Shown here: positions 48,139-58,234 of the stretch, piece by piece | Position numbering within the stretch: position 1 is the stretch's first letter | Layout of the letters: each line of letters begins with the position of its first letter | Virus record (IMG/VR): IMGVR_UViG_3300010283_000005 | Span: 78,408 to 142,407 of that record | DNA: 64,000 nt | Origin: a virus | Taxonomy: Duplodnaviria; Caudoviricetes | Direction: 5' to 3' (one strand) | Program-made: the position numbers and the translations under genes | Notes under the pieces: generated by a model | Seen by the model: only the letters and a program-made list of their open reading frames with translations | The model's database searches: none | What the model was told of the DNA's origin: nothing

Positions 48139-48855
48139 TTGGGATATCATAAGAGAGATATCATTGCCTTAGAACGTAAAGTGAAAGAGGCATTTGCTAA
48201 GGATAAGTCAGCTCCTGAGATGTACACTACCATCAAGGAGCTGGCTGCAGCAATACTAGTAGTCAAACGTATGGCATTCAACTCGAATGAAGTTGACGAA
48301 ATTTCTCATATGCTAGCTACAGACTTCTACTTAAAAATCAATCATGAAGGACTAGTAGTAGAGAAGTGGACTAAGTACATACGACTACGCTTGTATAATG
48401 CTCGAAGTGAGTACTTAAATGAAACTAGAGGAGTAGAATTCGAAGTATCAGATGTGATCGAAGCTGAGCAGTTTCGTGATCAATTATTCGGATCAGCTAA
48501 TAGATTCCGAACTGAGCAAGCAGCTATGGAGTTAGATAGTGTAGTTCAGTCAATGTCTACTCTAGCACTAGAGATTTTTGATAGCTATGTTCACTATAAA
48601 CCTGGTACTACTGAATACGAATTCATTAAGATATCAGTGATGTTCACTATCGAGGATAAGCTGAAGTATAATCGAGGTCGTGTAGTCCTGGTCAAGCTAG
48701 GAGAAGAATATCGAACTTATGTAAGATTCCTAGTATCATTGATCTATAAGAGACTAGGAGTTAACTTACGCAAACTACTAGGAGATGATCTACATCGATC
48801 TAGTGAGCTTAGTGAACTCATAGGAGCTAGCTGGAACATTGACAATTCAGATTAG
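48139..48855 (+). CDS. Hypothetical protein, possibly a second (late) sigma-like factor
   Basis: Weak region-2-like WTKYIRLRLYNARSEYL; positioned next to SbcCD, as T4 gp55 is near gp46/47. Confidence 0.35.
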   Translation: MGYHKRDIIALERKVKEAFAKDKSAPEMYTTIKELAAAILVVKRMAFNSNEVDEISHMLATDFYLKINHEGLVVEKWTKYIRLRLYNARSEYLNETRGVEFEVSDVIEAEQFRDQLFGSANRFRTEQAAMELDSVVQSMSTLALEIFDSYVHYKPGTTEYEFIKISVMFTIEDKLKYNRGRVVLVKLGEEYRTYVRFLVSLIYKRLGVNLRKLLGDDLHRSSELSELIGASWNIDNSD

Positions 48856-48866
48856 GAGGTGATCAA

Positions 48867-49346
48867 ATGACTAATAATATAGATGATGACATGATGGAAG
48901 GACCTAGCTCAGAAGTCGATTCACTCCTGAAGAATGTACAAGATATGGGTGATCTGTATTTCGTAGCATTATTAGTGCTAGCTAAACTAGAACCATCATC
49001 TAAGAATCAGAATCATATGATAGCAGAGTTGTCCTATCTGCTAGATACTCAATCCTTCATCAATCTACTATGGTATTTTGAAGGAGAAACTATCAGAATC
49101 CCTACTAGAGATGAGCTGAAGGAAGTCCTGACTATGATGTCATTGTACTATCAGCATGAAGTCCTAGGTAAAGTCTGGAAGGATGCTTGCAGTGCAGTAG
49201 GACTGGAAGGTAATTCTCATTATGTAGGCAAGATCTGGAATCGATATCAGAAGTTCAAGAAGACCTTGAATTCGGTTCAATTACCAAAGAAGCTTCGTCG
49301 TCCAGATATGGATGATAAGCTCAAGATGGATCAGGGAGGTGATTGA
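48867..49346 (+). CDS. Mor/C-like transcription activator candidate
   Basis: LLWYFEGETIRIP resembles the Mor-family L..FGG..IYIP motif; helical C-terminus. Confidence 0.4.
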   Translation: MTNNIDDDMMEGPSSEVDSLLKNVQDMGDLYFVALLVLAKLEPSSKNQNHMIAELSYLLDTQSFINLLWYFEGETIRIPTRDELKEVLTMMSLYYQHEVLGKVWKDACSAVGLEGNSHYVGKIWNRYQKFKKTLNSVQLPKKLRRPDMDDKLKMDQGGD

Positions 49347-49669
49347 TATTGGCTAATGATGAATGGTCAAGGTATAATCGACTCCTAGGGGATGCACATG
49401 ACCTCATAGATGCAGCTCCAGCTGATCATGCACTAATTAAGAGAGCAATCTTATCTGCTATGAAGGCAGATAAGTTGCTTATTGCTGAGAAGAGGGCATC
49501 CGAGTCTCTAGGCTTATTGATTGATCTATCTACTACTCCTCAAGCATTGCAGGAAGCACTGACTGAGAGTGCTAAGGATATCAATACAATCGATAGTCTA
49601 TTAGCCTACAATAATGAGGCTTACTTCAATATTGTGAGGGCAATCAGCTCAGAACTAGAGCTAAATTGA
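49343..49669 (+). CDS. Hypothetical protein
   Basis: 108-aa ORF with GGAGG RBS, translationally coupled to the upstream gene. Confidence 0.6.
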   Translation: MILANDEWSRYNRLLGDAHDLIDAAPADHALIKRAILSAMKADKLLIAEKRASESLGLLIDLSTTPQALQEALTESAKDINTIDSLLAYNNEAYFNIVRAISSELELN

Positions 49670-49686
49670 ATTCTTATGCGTTTATA
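49658..49686 (+). promoter_or_regulatory. Phage-type promoter
   Basis: GAGC-N17-CGTTTATA. Confidence 0.8.
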
Positions 49687-49718
49687 GTTATAGGAAGTCG
49701 GAAAGGAGAAATCACTGA

Positions 49719-51560
49719 ATGGATAAATCTACACTTATTAGTTCTATACTTGAGAATACTAATAATTACTATAATGGCAAAACTTGTGTCCCTGATGAAG
49801 TATTTGATAAATGGATTGAAGAGCTCAGAGCTATTGATCCGACGAATCCAATTCTCACTTCAGTAGGTTGGGGATACGATGTCACTACTTGCAATCTGCA
49901 GGAATATCCTCATCTTAATTACTTGACTGGAATTGCTAACAAACCTAGAGTAGCTAAGACAGAGATCTTACCATCAGGTAAGGTCAAGACTCCTAAGATG
50001 GATGGAGGATCAGCAGAACTGCAATATGTTGATGGTAAACTGATGAGAGCATTGACTCGAGGTAACGGAGAAGTAGGAATCGATTGTACTTCTAAAATGA
50101 TTCATGCTCAAGGAGTTATCGTTGATCTAGGAATCAAATATACTGGAAATGTAGTAGGAGAATTTGTTATCTCCGATGAGGATCTGCCTAGTTTTACTGA
50201 ATCGACTAGTCAGCGTAATGTACCTAATGGACTTCTGTCTAGGAATTATGCATCCCCTGAGGATTGTAGCAAATTCTCCTTTATTGCTTATAAGGTAGGT
50301 AAAAGTACTACACATCAGTTCAAGTCTCGAATTGAGATCCTGGATTTTCTGAAGAATCTAGGATTTCTTGCAGTGAGCTATATTATGGGAGCAATTCCTT
50401 ACCAAGAAGCCATTGATCGTCTACGATTAATTGGTGGCAAGCATTATCTGCTTGACGGTATAGTATGTGACAGTACTGAGATCATTATGCAACCATCCGG
50501 AGTAATTACTTATGTCGATGAGGTAGCTTATAAGACAGTTAATGAGACTGCCCATGTGAAGGTCAAGAGAATTGACTGGAATCTCACTAGGACAGGTAAA
50601 TTGGTACCTACAGTGGTTACAGAATCAGTACTACTTTCAGGTGCTAATGTTAGCAGAGCCTTAGGTCATCATGCTAAGAACATACTTGAATCAGGAATCG
50701 ATGCTGGAGCTACTATTGAAATCGTCAGATCAGGTGAGGTTATTCCATATATCTATGGAGTGGATTCTCCAGTGGAAGTCAAACTTCCTCAAGTATGTCC
50801 TGATTGTGGAGCTCCTTTGACTTGGTCAGGAGTCAACTTGGTGTGCAGAAATCCAGAGTGCAGTGGTCAGAATTATTCAAATCTTTATCACTGGATCTCT
50901 AATCTTGCTAATACTGATAATCTAGGAGGATCATTGATATCAGCTTTCATTGAATTCTATGATATCTCTGAGATACCTGATTTTTATAAAGACTATGATC
51001 TTGAGGTAATGAGTAATATGGATGGGATCGGATCTGCTAAGATCAAGGTTCTGAAGCAAGCTCTAGATAACCTCAAGAAATCTCATTCAATCGAGAATTA
51101 TCTGATAGCATTGAATATTCCTGGATTATCTTGGGAATCTGCTAGAAAGATTGTAGATGGCACTTCTATCCGTGCTGAGATTGCTGAATCGTACTTCTCA
51201 GATGAATTTGAGATGCAAATTCGTTATCTCAAAGGAGTCAATCAGCCTACTAAAGATAATCTTCTAAAGAACTGGGGTAAGATCGTAGATACTTACCAAT
51301 ACATGAATATCGAGGAGCCTCAGGCAGAGGACTCATCTGTAGATGACAATCGAATAAAGGTATGTATTACTGGTAAACTTGAATTTGGTACAAAATCTAA
51401 GTTTTATCAGAAGTATTCAGATAAGATTGTCGAAGCTGATGTCAAATCTTGTGATTATCTTATTGCTAATGCAGATAAGGGATCATCCAAGTACAAGACT
51501 GCTGAGAAACTCGGTAAGACTATCATTACTGAAGAGGATTTCATTCAGACTATATTATAA
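49719..51560 (+). CDS. ligA: NAD+-dependent DNA ligase
   Basis: YY.G...PDEVFD, KMDG, TRGNG, DGIV, AYK, RSGEVIP, C4 Zn finger, HhH and BRCT (CITG). Confidence 0.93.
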   Translation: MDKSTLISSILENTNNYYNGKTCVPDEVFDKWIEELRAIDPTNPILTSVGWGYDVTTCNLQEYPHLNYLTGIANKPRVAKTEILPSGKVKTPKMDGGSAELQYVDGKLMRALTRGNGEVGIDCTSKMIHAQGVIVDLGIKYTGNVVGEFVISDEDLPSFTESTSQRNVPNGLLSRNYASPEDCSKFSFIAYKVGKSTTHQFKSRIEILDFLKNLGFLAVSYIMGAIPYQEAIDRLRLIGGKHYLLDGIVCDSTEIIMQPSGVITYVDEVAYKTVNETAHVKVKRIDWNLTRTGKLVPTVVTESVLLSGANVSRALGHHAKNILESGIDAGATIEIVRSGEVIPYIYGVDSPVEVKLPQVCPDCGAPLTWSGVNLVCRNPECSGQNYSNLYHWISNLANTDNLGGSLISAFIEFYDISEIPDFYKDYDLEVMSNMDGIGSAKIKVLKQALDNLKKSHSIENYLIALNIPGLSWESARKIVDGTSIRAEIAESYFSDEFEMQIRYLKGVNQPTKDNLLKNWGKIVDTYQYMNIEEPQAEDSSVDDNRIKVCITGKLEFGTKSKFYQKYSDKIVEADVKSCDYLIANADKGSSKYKTAEKLGKTIITEEDFIQTIL

Positions 51561-51571
51561 GGAGGATACAT

Positions 51572-52537
51572 ATGGAATCGAATCATGAAATCTTAGGGTT
51601 TGCAGTCCCTACTAATGAGCCTGATGTGGCTTTCAACTACTTAATTAGTTCTATTGAGAACTTGAAAGAGGTAGCACCTATCTCTACTTTCTTATTTAAT
51701 TTTCAGAAGCCTTGGACTGAGGATCAGATCTCTAAGGCAGTCAAAATCTGCGAAGATAATGGATTCGCAGTGAAATACACTTTCAATACCTACGAGATCA
51801 AGGGTAAGGGATTGATCCCATTTAATCAGATCCGAGGTGATGCCTGCAAACTAATGCCTGAAGCTAAGTTCTATGTACTTATGGACGATGACTTCAGCTT
51901 CCTACCTCGTAGTGGATCTTACAATAAGAGTGCAGGTGAGCAGTATCTTGATCTGATCTACTACATGACTAAGCATCCTGATTGTGGATTTATTCTACTC
52001 AAAGGTAGATTATACTTGAATGAAGTACCTAAGTATCAGATTGCTCCAGCATTATCTCTGGATAATCGATATATCACTGATAAGGGCATTCTTCTTAGGA
52101 ACTTTAAGCCTGAAGAAGGATTGGCTCTGCCTAATTCTGCTTTAGGACTGCTGGGATCTGATGAAGAGAAGATCGCTTGCAGCTGGCGACTATTCAATGG
52201 TATGTATCCTGCAGTGATCAATCGTTGCAGAACTCTTCATTATGAGAATTGTAATACTACTAAGGTCGAGAATAAGCCTGTATCTGGCGAAGATATGTAT
52301 GGCTGGAATAAGAAGGATATCCTTGATGCTAATGTCAATAAGTACATCAAGGAGCATTTCTATTCTGACTTCAAGAATGGTGCTTGGAGAATTACTCAGT
52401 TAGTAGATCATCAGCACTACCTTGAAGTTGGTGGCTGTGATGTCACTGATCCTGAGGTGAGAGCTAGTAGAATCATGATGACTGATAATATGTTCAGTTC
52501 TGATCTCATGGATGAGATCATTAACTATTACAGCTAA
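51572..52537 (+). CDS. GT-A fold glycosyltransferase 1
   Basis: FAVPT..., YVLMDDDF (DxD) and DEE motif. Confidence 0.65.
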   Translation: MESNHEILGFAVPTNEPDVAFNYLISSIENLKEVAPISTFLFNFQKPWTEDQISKAVKICEDNGFAVKYTFNTYEIKGKGLIPFNQIRGDACKLMPEAKFYVLMDDDFSFLPRSGSYNKSAGEQYLDLIYYMTKHPDCGFILLKGRLYLNEVPKYQIAPALSLDNRYITDKGILLRNFKPEEGLALPNSALGLLGSDEEKIACSWRLFNGMYPAVINRCRTLHYENCNTTKVENKPVSGEDMYGWNKKDILDANVNKYIKEHFYSDFKNGAWRITQLVDHQHYLEVGGCDVTDPEVRASRIMMTDNMFSSDLMDEIINYYS

Positions 52538-52550
52538 GGAGGTATCACTA

Positions 52551-53375
52551 ATGTCTACTTATGGATTCTTGGCACTAAGTGTCAATAAGGATAAGCTATA
52601 CTGGAAGCTTATCAAATCACTCTATTCGCATTATACTCCAGATCAGATTCGTTCGCATAACTTTCATGTGATTGGTCAAGGGTATTCTGAGGAGGATCAG
52701 GATTTCTTGAGAGCAGAAGCTCCTGATATCAACTTCATCTTTACTGATCGTATTGAGGGAAGTATCTCTAAGATCAGACGAGAACTGATGAATAAGTTCG
52801 ATATCCTGAGTATGTACGATTATCTGATCCTGATTGATGATGACTTCAACTTTGGTCAGTATGCTCTTGAGCAGTATGATCATCATATTTCAGAGCTCGA
52901 TAATCATCCTGAGGTAGGGCTAGTATCTTGCCATCGCAGAATGAAGACCGAGCTTCGAGTGCAGACTTCTTCAATCGAAATCCCTTACCCTCAGGATCTA
53001 TCAGTTATCAGTATGCGTACTGGGCTGATTGTCAGGAGAGGAGCTATCACTCCTGATGAGATGTTCAACGATGATATTCTGTATCATGAGGAATTTTATC
53101 TAGCACTTCGAGTATATCTCAAAGGCTATGAAGTAGGTAAAGCTTGGGTGGATGTCTATCATCAGTCTCGTCAAGGAGGACTAGGCAATAGCTTGCAGAA
53201 GAAGTATCACATCTTCACTAGTAACGAGGCTTGCTCAGCTAAGAAAGTCGCTACTGAGCAAGGCTACTTTGAAGTAGCTGATGGAGAGATCTACTATGGT
53301 GCTCAGAACGTAGGTCATATGAGTCAGCTTGCTCATGATACTCACAATAAGAATAAGGAGGAACTAGGCTTATGA
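52551..53375 (+). CDS. GT-A fold glycosyltransferase 2
   Basis: ISKIRR, YDYLILIDDDF, HEEFYLALR and H...GGL. Confidence 0.7.
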   Translation: MSTYGFLALSVNKDKLYWKLIKSLYSHYTPDQIRSHNFHVIGQGYSEEDQDFLRAEAPDINFIFTDRIEGSISKIRRELMNKFDILSMYDYLILIDDDFNFGQYALEQYDHHISELDNHPEVGLVSCHRRMKTELRVQTSSIEIPYPQDLSVISMRTGLIVRRGAITPDEMFNDDILYHEEFYLALRVYLKGYEVGKAWVDVYHQSRQGGLGNSLQKKYHIFTSNEACSAKKVATEQGYFEVADGEIYYGAQNVGHMSQLAHDTHNKNKEELGL

Positions 53376-54220
53376 AAATTGGAGTAGTTCTTCCTACGTA
53401 TAACGATGGCAAATCATGGTACAAAATGCTCACTAGATTCAGTGAAAGTCTAGTACATATCGCTCAAGTCGATAATCTGAAGTTCTTAGTCAATTATCAG
53501 AATATCGATCCTACTTCCTACGATGATATCATCATGAGTACTCTTGAAGACTTCATCTATGCAATGAATCCTACTTGGGAGCTTGAGTATCGAGTATCAG
53601 ATACTTATCCTAAGCCGATCTCAATGGTGAAGATTCGCAATGATTGCATGATGCTTGATCCTAATTGTGATCTCTACTTATTTGTAGATGATGATATGAA
53701 ATTTAACTCTGGAGCAGGATCATGCTACAATGAGATCATTAACTTCTTTAAAGAGGATCCTGACTTAGGTATGGTGATGAGTGCAGGCTATCTAGGTGGC
53801 TATAATTACGTAGGTCAGTTGAAGTATGCTGTACAGAAGCACTGGACAGTAGGTAAGGGATTATTCATTCGTAATCTACATACTAGTCCTGAGTCACCAA
53901 TTTATCCAGCATCTGCTCTAGAGATTCATCAAGGTGGATATGAGGAGATGCTCGCTGCTATGGAAGTAGTCAGAGAGGGCTATAAACTAGCTACTCATTT
54001 CAATAATCCTACTACTCATAAGGTCATGCCTATGGATGTAGGTAAAGATGCTAATAAAGAATGCAGATACGAGGATGATCAGATTCATGATATCAATGTA
54101 TCCTTCAGTACTTCTAGTAAGTACCTGATGCAGGAGTATGGTATTAATCTGCAGATTAGCAAGGCTAAGGATTATCAGACTGCACTAGGTCTGATTGATA
54201 GAACTAAGAAAGTGAGGTAA
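53372..54220 (+). CDS. GT-A fold (GT2-like) glycosyltransferase 3
   Basis: IGVVLPTYN, KIRND, YLFVDDDM and GYEEM. Confidence 0.75.
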   Translation: MKIGVVLPTYNDGKSWYKMLTRFSESLVHIAQVDNLKFLVNYQNIDPTSYDDIIMSTLEDFIYAMNPTWELEYRVSDTYPKPISMVKIRNDCMMLDPNCDLYLFVDDDMKFNSGAGSCYNEIINFFKEDPDLGMVMSAGYLGGYNYVGQLKYAVQKHWTVGKGLFIRNLHTSPESPIYPASALEIHQGGYEEMLAAMEVVREGYKLATHFNNPTTHKVMPMDVGKDANKECRYEDDQIHDINVSFSTSSKYLMQEYGINLQISKAKDYQTALGLIDRTKKVR

Positions 54221-54225
54221 TAAAA

Positions 54226-56085
54226 TTGGAATCAAATAAAATCATAGGGGATTATCTGTCTCAAGCAGACTGGCGAGTGAGAGAGAATAGCCAGACTAAT
54301 TACTCATTCTCAGGATTGCAGGGTCATGTATCTAATAGTGTCTTAGTGGACTGGGCACTGAAGAATATGTATACTGGTGAGATCTCTAAAGCTCATGAAG
54401 ATGCTATTTATCATATTCACGATATCTCGCACCCTATTGTAGGCTACTGTGCTGGATGGAGTATGGAGGATCTCTGCCGAGAAGGATTTAGTTGTGGACC
54501 TACCTTTATCTACTCTGCACCTGCTAAGCATCTAGATGCATTGTATGGTCAGATCAATAACTTCATCTTCACCCTGACTGGTGAGTGGGCTGGAGCTCAG
54601 GCACTCAATAGCTTCGATACATTCTCTGCAGGCTTCATCAAAGCTGATCATATGTCTGAGGAGCAGGTATATAGAGTACTTCGTCGATTGATCTTTGATC
54701 TGAATATCAAGACTCGAATCGCTATGCAGTCTCCATTCTCAAATATCTCAGTCGATCTGACAGTACCTGATGACTTGAAGTACAAGCCAGTCATTATCGG
54801 TGGCAAGGATCAGGACTTCACTTATGGTGATTGTCAGGAAGAGATGAACATGTTCAATCATGTCTTAGCTAAGGTAATGATGGAAGGAGATGGCATGGGT
54901 AAAATCTTTACCTTCCCAATCATCACTTATGCTATCACTAAGGACTTCCCTTGGGATTCAAGCCTAGCTGAGGATATCTTCACTTTCGCAGATGAAGCTA
55001 ACTCACCATACTTCAGTAACTTCATTAACTCTGATCAGCAGCAGTCTGATGTACGTAGTATGTGCTGCAGACTTCGACTTGATCTGCGTGAGCTTATCAA
55101 TGCAGGTGGTGGCTTATTCGGTGCTGGTGATAAAACTGGTTCCATCGGAGTAGTAACTCTGAATCTGAGTAAGATCTCTTATATTAGCAGAATGATCGCT
55201 GAAGGAGATACTGATAGCCATGATTATAAGGTAGCTGATGAAATCCTGAGTCATTATCCTGCTCTAAGATCTAGAGTGAGAGTTATGGTATCTTCTAGTG
55301 ATGATCTAGATACTGTAGCTATGAGCAAACAGATCTACTTTATTATGGTTAAGTACTTTATGGACTTAGCTCGTCAGAGTCTGATGATCAAGAGAGATAA
55401 AGTTCAGGAATCTCTCGACTTAGGCTTGATTCCGTATACTAAGAAGTACTTAGGTAACTTCAATAGTCACTTCAATACGTTAGGAGTCAATGCAGGTCAT
55501 GAAGCTTGTTTGAATCTGCTTGGTAAGGGCATCGAGACTGAGGAAGGTCGTCAGTTCATGGAAGATACTCTGCACTTCATGCTGAAGACTTTATCAGATT
55601 ATCAGGAAGAAGATCATGGTCATCTCCTCTGGAATCTAGAAGCTACTCCTGCTGAAGGAGCTAGTACTCGATTTGCTAAGAAGGATAAGAAAGATTTCGA
55701 GCATATCATCACTGGAGCAGGTACTGGTGGTTCATTCTATACTAACTCGACTCAGCTTCCTGATAACTACAGCGAGAATATCTTCGAGGTATTCGAGCAT
55801 CAGAATGCACTCCAGCCATTATATACTTCAGGTACAGTACAGCACATCTATATGGATGAGCCTACTCACAACTGGAGGACAATCCAGTCCTTGGTGAAGA
55901 AATTGTTCACCAATTATAGACTTCCATACTTATCTATCTCTCCTGATGTATGCATCTGTCCGATTCATGGAAAGCTTCCTCACAACTATGACTACTGTCC
56001 GTATGATCACAGCGATGAGGATATCCAGAGACTTCTGAAAGAAGGCATTATCACTGAGGCTGATATCTTGGAAGTTGATGAATAA
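54226..56085 (+). CDS. nrdD: Class III anaerobic ribonucleotide reductase, large fragment lacking the glycyl-radical C-terminus
   Basis: DWRVRENS, HIHD, GYCAGWS, FTFPI, RSMCCRL, GSIGVVTLN, EATPAEG and YTSGT; ends after CPIHG..CP with no RxxGY. Confidence 0.92.
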   Translation: MESNKIIGDYLSQADWRVRENSQTNYSFSGLQGHVSNSVLVDWALKNMYTGEISKAHEDAIYHIHDISHPIVGYCAGWSMEDLCREGFSCGPTFIYSAPAKHLDALYGQINNFIFTLTGEWAGAQALNSFDTFSAGFIKADHMSEEQVYRVLRRLIFDLNIKTRIAMQSPFSNISVDLTVPDDLKYKPVIIGGKDQDFTYGDCQEEMNMFNHVLAKVMMEGDGMGKIFTFPIITYAITKDFPWDSSLAEDIFTFADEANSPYFSNFINSDQQQSDVRSMCCRLRLDLRELINAGGGLFGAGDKTGSIGVVTLNLSKISYISRMIAEGDTDSHDYKVADEILSHYPALRSRVRVMVSSSDDLDTVAMSKQIYFIMVKYFMDLARQSLMIKRDKVQESLDLGLIPYTKKYLGNFNSHFNTLGVNAGHEACLNLLGKGIETEEGRQFMEDTLHFMLKTLSDYQEEDHGHLLWNLEATPAEGASTRFAKKDKKDFEHIITGAGTGGSFYTNSTQLPDNYSENIFEVFEHQNALQPLYTSGTVQHIYMDEPTHNWRTIQSLVKKLFTNYRLPYLSISPDVCICPIHGKLPHNYDYCPYDHSDEDIQRLLKEGIITEADILEVDE

Positions 56086-56139
56086 GGTTGTCTAGCTTAC
56101 ATAGCTTGATGATAATAACTAAATAAGGAGGTAAAAACT

Positions 56140-56259
56140 ATGAAGAAGCTCAAGACTACGGTTTACAACAAACCGATTGGATACTGCACTCCTGTCAAGA
56201 ACCATAATGTTGGTCGTCAGGAAGCTAAGAGCATCCGCAAAAACTTTGTAGTTAAGTAA
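56140..56259 (+). CDS. Stand-alone NrdD glycyl-radical peptide (39 aa, not in ORF track)
   Basis: AAGGAGG RBS; MKKLKTTVYNKPIGYCTPVKNHNVGRQEAKSIRKNFVVK matches the VY.R..GY..PV...N.GK..E...R pattern. Confidence 0.8.
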   Translation: MKKLKTTVYNKPIGYCTPVKNHNVGRQEAKSIRKNFVVK

Positions 56260-56267
56260 TAACTAAC

Positions 56268-56312
56268 GGGGATGAGGTAGGTGACATAAGTTGCCTACCT
56301 CATTCTTGCTTT
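56268..56312 (+). terminator. Intrinsic terminator
   Basis: GATGAGGTAGGTGAC/GTTGCCTACCTCATT stem with a T-rich tail. Confidence 0.7.
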
Positions 56313-56313
56313 G

Positions 56314-56342
56314 GAGCTAAATTAAGGTTAGATACGTTTATA
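56314..56342 (+). promoter_or_regulatory. Phage-type promoter
   Basis: GAGC-N17-CGTTTATA. Confidence 0.8.
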
Positions 56343-56366
56343 TCTTTGGAAAGGCGGTGAGTAAGA

Positions 56367-56864
56367 ATGAGATACTATAGTTCAGCATATCCAGTATTTG
56401 CATCGACTACAGGTATAGCTTATGAAATATACCTATCAGGCTGTCATGGATACTGCAAAGGGTGCCATAGTCCTCATACTCATGATTTCAACACAGGACT
56501 AGATCTCCGTGATCGATTAAACTTAGGAAAGCTAATAGGTGATATCAAGATCAGATATGATAAGGATGAAATTGATAATATCGTTATCATTGGAGGAGAA
56601 CCACTGGATCAGCCAATGCATGAGTTACTTGACTTCATCGATACCCTCATCAATGAATTCCCTAAATGTGGAATTTGGTTGTATACTCACTTTGATGATT
56701 CAGAAGTCAGAACTAGATTTAGTTCAGTATTAGATAGCGTAGATTTCGTAAAATGCGGAAAGTATGATGAATCTCAGAAATCTGATAGTTATCGAGATCA
56801 GCTCACTGGAATCGCATTGGCTACTTCCAATCAGAAATTCATCAAAGGTAATAGAAGGAGGTAA
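56367..56864 (+). CDS. nrdG: Anaerobic RNR activase (radical SAM)
   Basis: GCHGYCKGCHS (CxxxCxxC), GGEP and SNQ. Confidence 0.9.
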   Translation: MRYYSSAYPVFASTTGIAYEIYLSGCHGYCKGCHSPHTHDFNTGLDLRDRLNLGKLIGDIKIRYDKDEIDNIVIIGGEPLDQPMHELLDFIDTLINEFPKCGIWLYTHFDDSEVRTRFSSVLDSVDFVKCGKYDESQKSDSYRDQLTGIALATSNQKFIKGNRRR

Positions 56865-56869
56865 TACTT

Positions 56870-57100
56870 ATGTTTATGATGGTAATTACGAATAACTGTC
56901 CTCGATGCCAGGGCAGCAAGAAGGCATTAGAGGATAATGGTTTGCTAGATCAGGTCACTCTGGTAGATATCTCTACTGATAGAGGTAAGGAGCTTACTCG
57001 AAGATTCAAACTCACTATGGCTGGATCAGACATCTTAGATATCTCTACTGCGAGTAAGATGTCAGTATCTGACTTTATCGAAAGTCACAAGAATGCCTAA
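56870..57100 (+). CDS. Glutaredoxin/NrdH-like redoxin
   Basis: 76 aa with CPRC...K..L after nrdG. Confidence 0.7.
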   Translation: MFMMVITNNCPRCQGSKKALEDNGLLDQVTLVDISTDRGKELTRRFKLTMAGSDILDISTASKMSVSDFIESHKNA

Positions 57101-57509
57101 ACTAAGTCAGAATGAATGGTATGCTAGGAAAGCTACTAAAGACATCAGTAATATGCTCGACTTGCCTGAGGCAGTAGTCAGGTCAGTAATTGATGCTTTA
57201 GCCTTACACTTACTTGATGAACTTAGAGAAAAGGGTATGAATACAGATGAAGCTGAGACAGTCGAGCTCGAGTTGCCTAATATCGGTACTCTAAAATTGT
57301 TCCCAGCCAAGTATCCTGATAATGAATGTGCTATCCTCAATGGTAGAGCATTCAAGCCTAAGTTCATAATCAGAGAACAGTTCTTACTGAAACTGAGATA
57401 CGCTTATTATGATCATCATAATTACATACTTGATGAAGTTACTCAGAACTTCAAGAATATGTTTGATGATCACTACCAATCTATTATAAGGGGTGATGAA
57501 GATGAATGA
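57093..57509 (+). CDS. HU/IHF-like DNA-binding protein (divergent)
   Basis: V.SVIDAL...VELELPNIGTL...PKF pattern. Confidence 0.5.
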   Translation: MPKLSQNEWYARKATKDISNMLDLPEAVVRSVIDALALHLLDELREKGMNTDEAETVELELPNIGTLKLFPAKYPDNECAILNGRAFKPKFIIREQFLLKLRYAYYDHHNYILDEVTQNFKNMFDDHYQSIIRGDEDE

Positions 57510-58095
57510 ATTAGCACCAGCTGATAAGCGTAAGCAAGATCTAGTAAATATGGATCTAAAGGGTATCGCTAAGCTCGCTAAGAGAGACATCGATATCACT
57601 CAAGCACTATCAGCTAATACTGCTGATAATATGAAAGCGTTCTTGCTAGTGTATTCGAGAAGTCAGCTGAGTAGAGTAGTCACACTGACTAATGCTCTAG
57701 GTAAACTAGAAGATCAGCTTATAGTTCAGGCTACTACAAATCCTGAATGCTATAATAATCCTGAGGCATTGATGGCTATCATTAGGACCTTGCAGAACTC
57801 GCTCAATCAATCACTCAATTTGATCAAGCAAGTAACTACGGATGAGTCCTACTTAAATGTTATTATTCAGAATACTCAGGTAGTCAATAATACATTAAAT
57901 AACTACAATGTCCGAGCACCTATCATTGCTAATCAGGATAGTAGAGATAAAGTACGTACTGCAGTATCTACTATCCTAGCTAAGTTCGAGGAGATAGCTG
58001 CTAATGAAGGAGAAGTAATAGAGGAGGATGATAAACTTGTTCTGGAACCTATTCAAGAGAAGAAAGAAGAATCAAGCTCTACCGATGCATCCTGA
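57493..58095 (+). CDS. Hypothetical helical protein
   Basis: 200-aa ORF in operon context. Confidence 0.65.
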   Translation: MMKMNELAPADKRKQDLVNMDLKGIAKLAKRDIDITQALSANTADNMKAFLLVYSRSQLSRVVTLTNALGKLEDQLIVQATTNPECYNNPEALMAIIRTLQNSLNQSLNLIKQVTTDESYLNVIIQNTQVVNNTLNNYNVRAPIIANQDSRDKVRTAVSTILAKFEEIAANEGEVIEEDDKLVLEPIQEKKEESSSTDAS

Positions 58096-58234
58096 GAATA
58101 TCTTGATCATGACTTCAGATGCTAAGTCGCTTAATGGAGTCCTTGAAGTCCTATATCTTAATGGTTATACTGATAATAGTGATACCCTTCGATTGGATAA
58201 TGGAGATTTTGCTCAGGTAGTCAAGAAGAAATAA

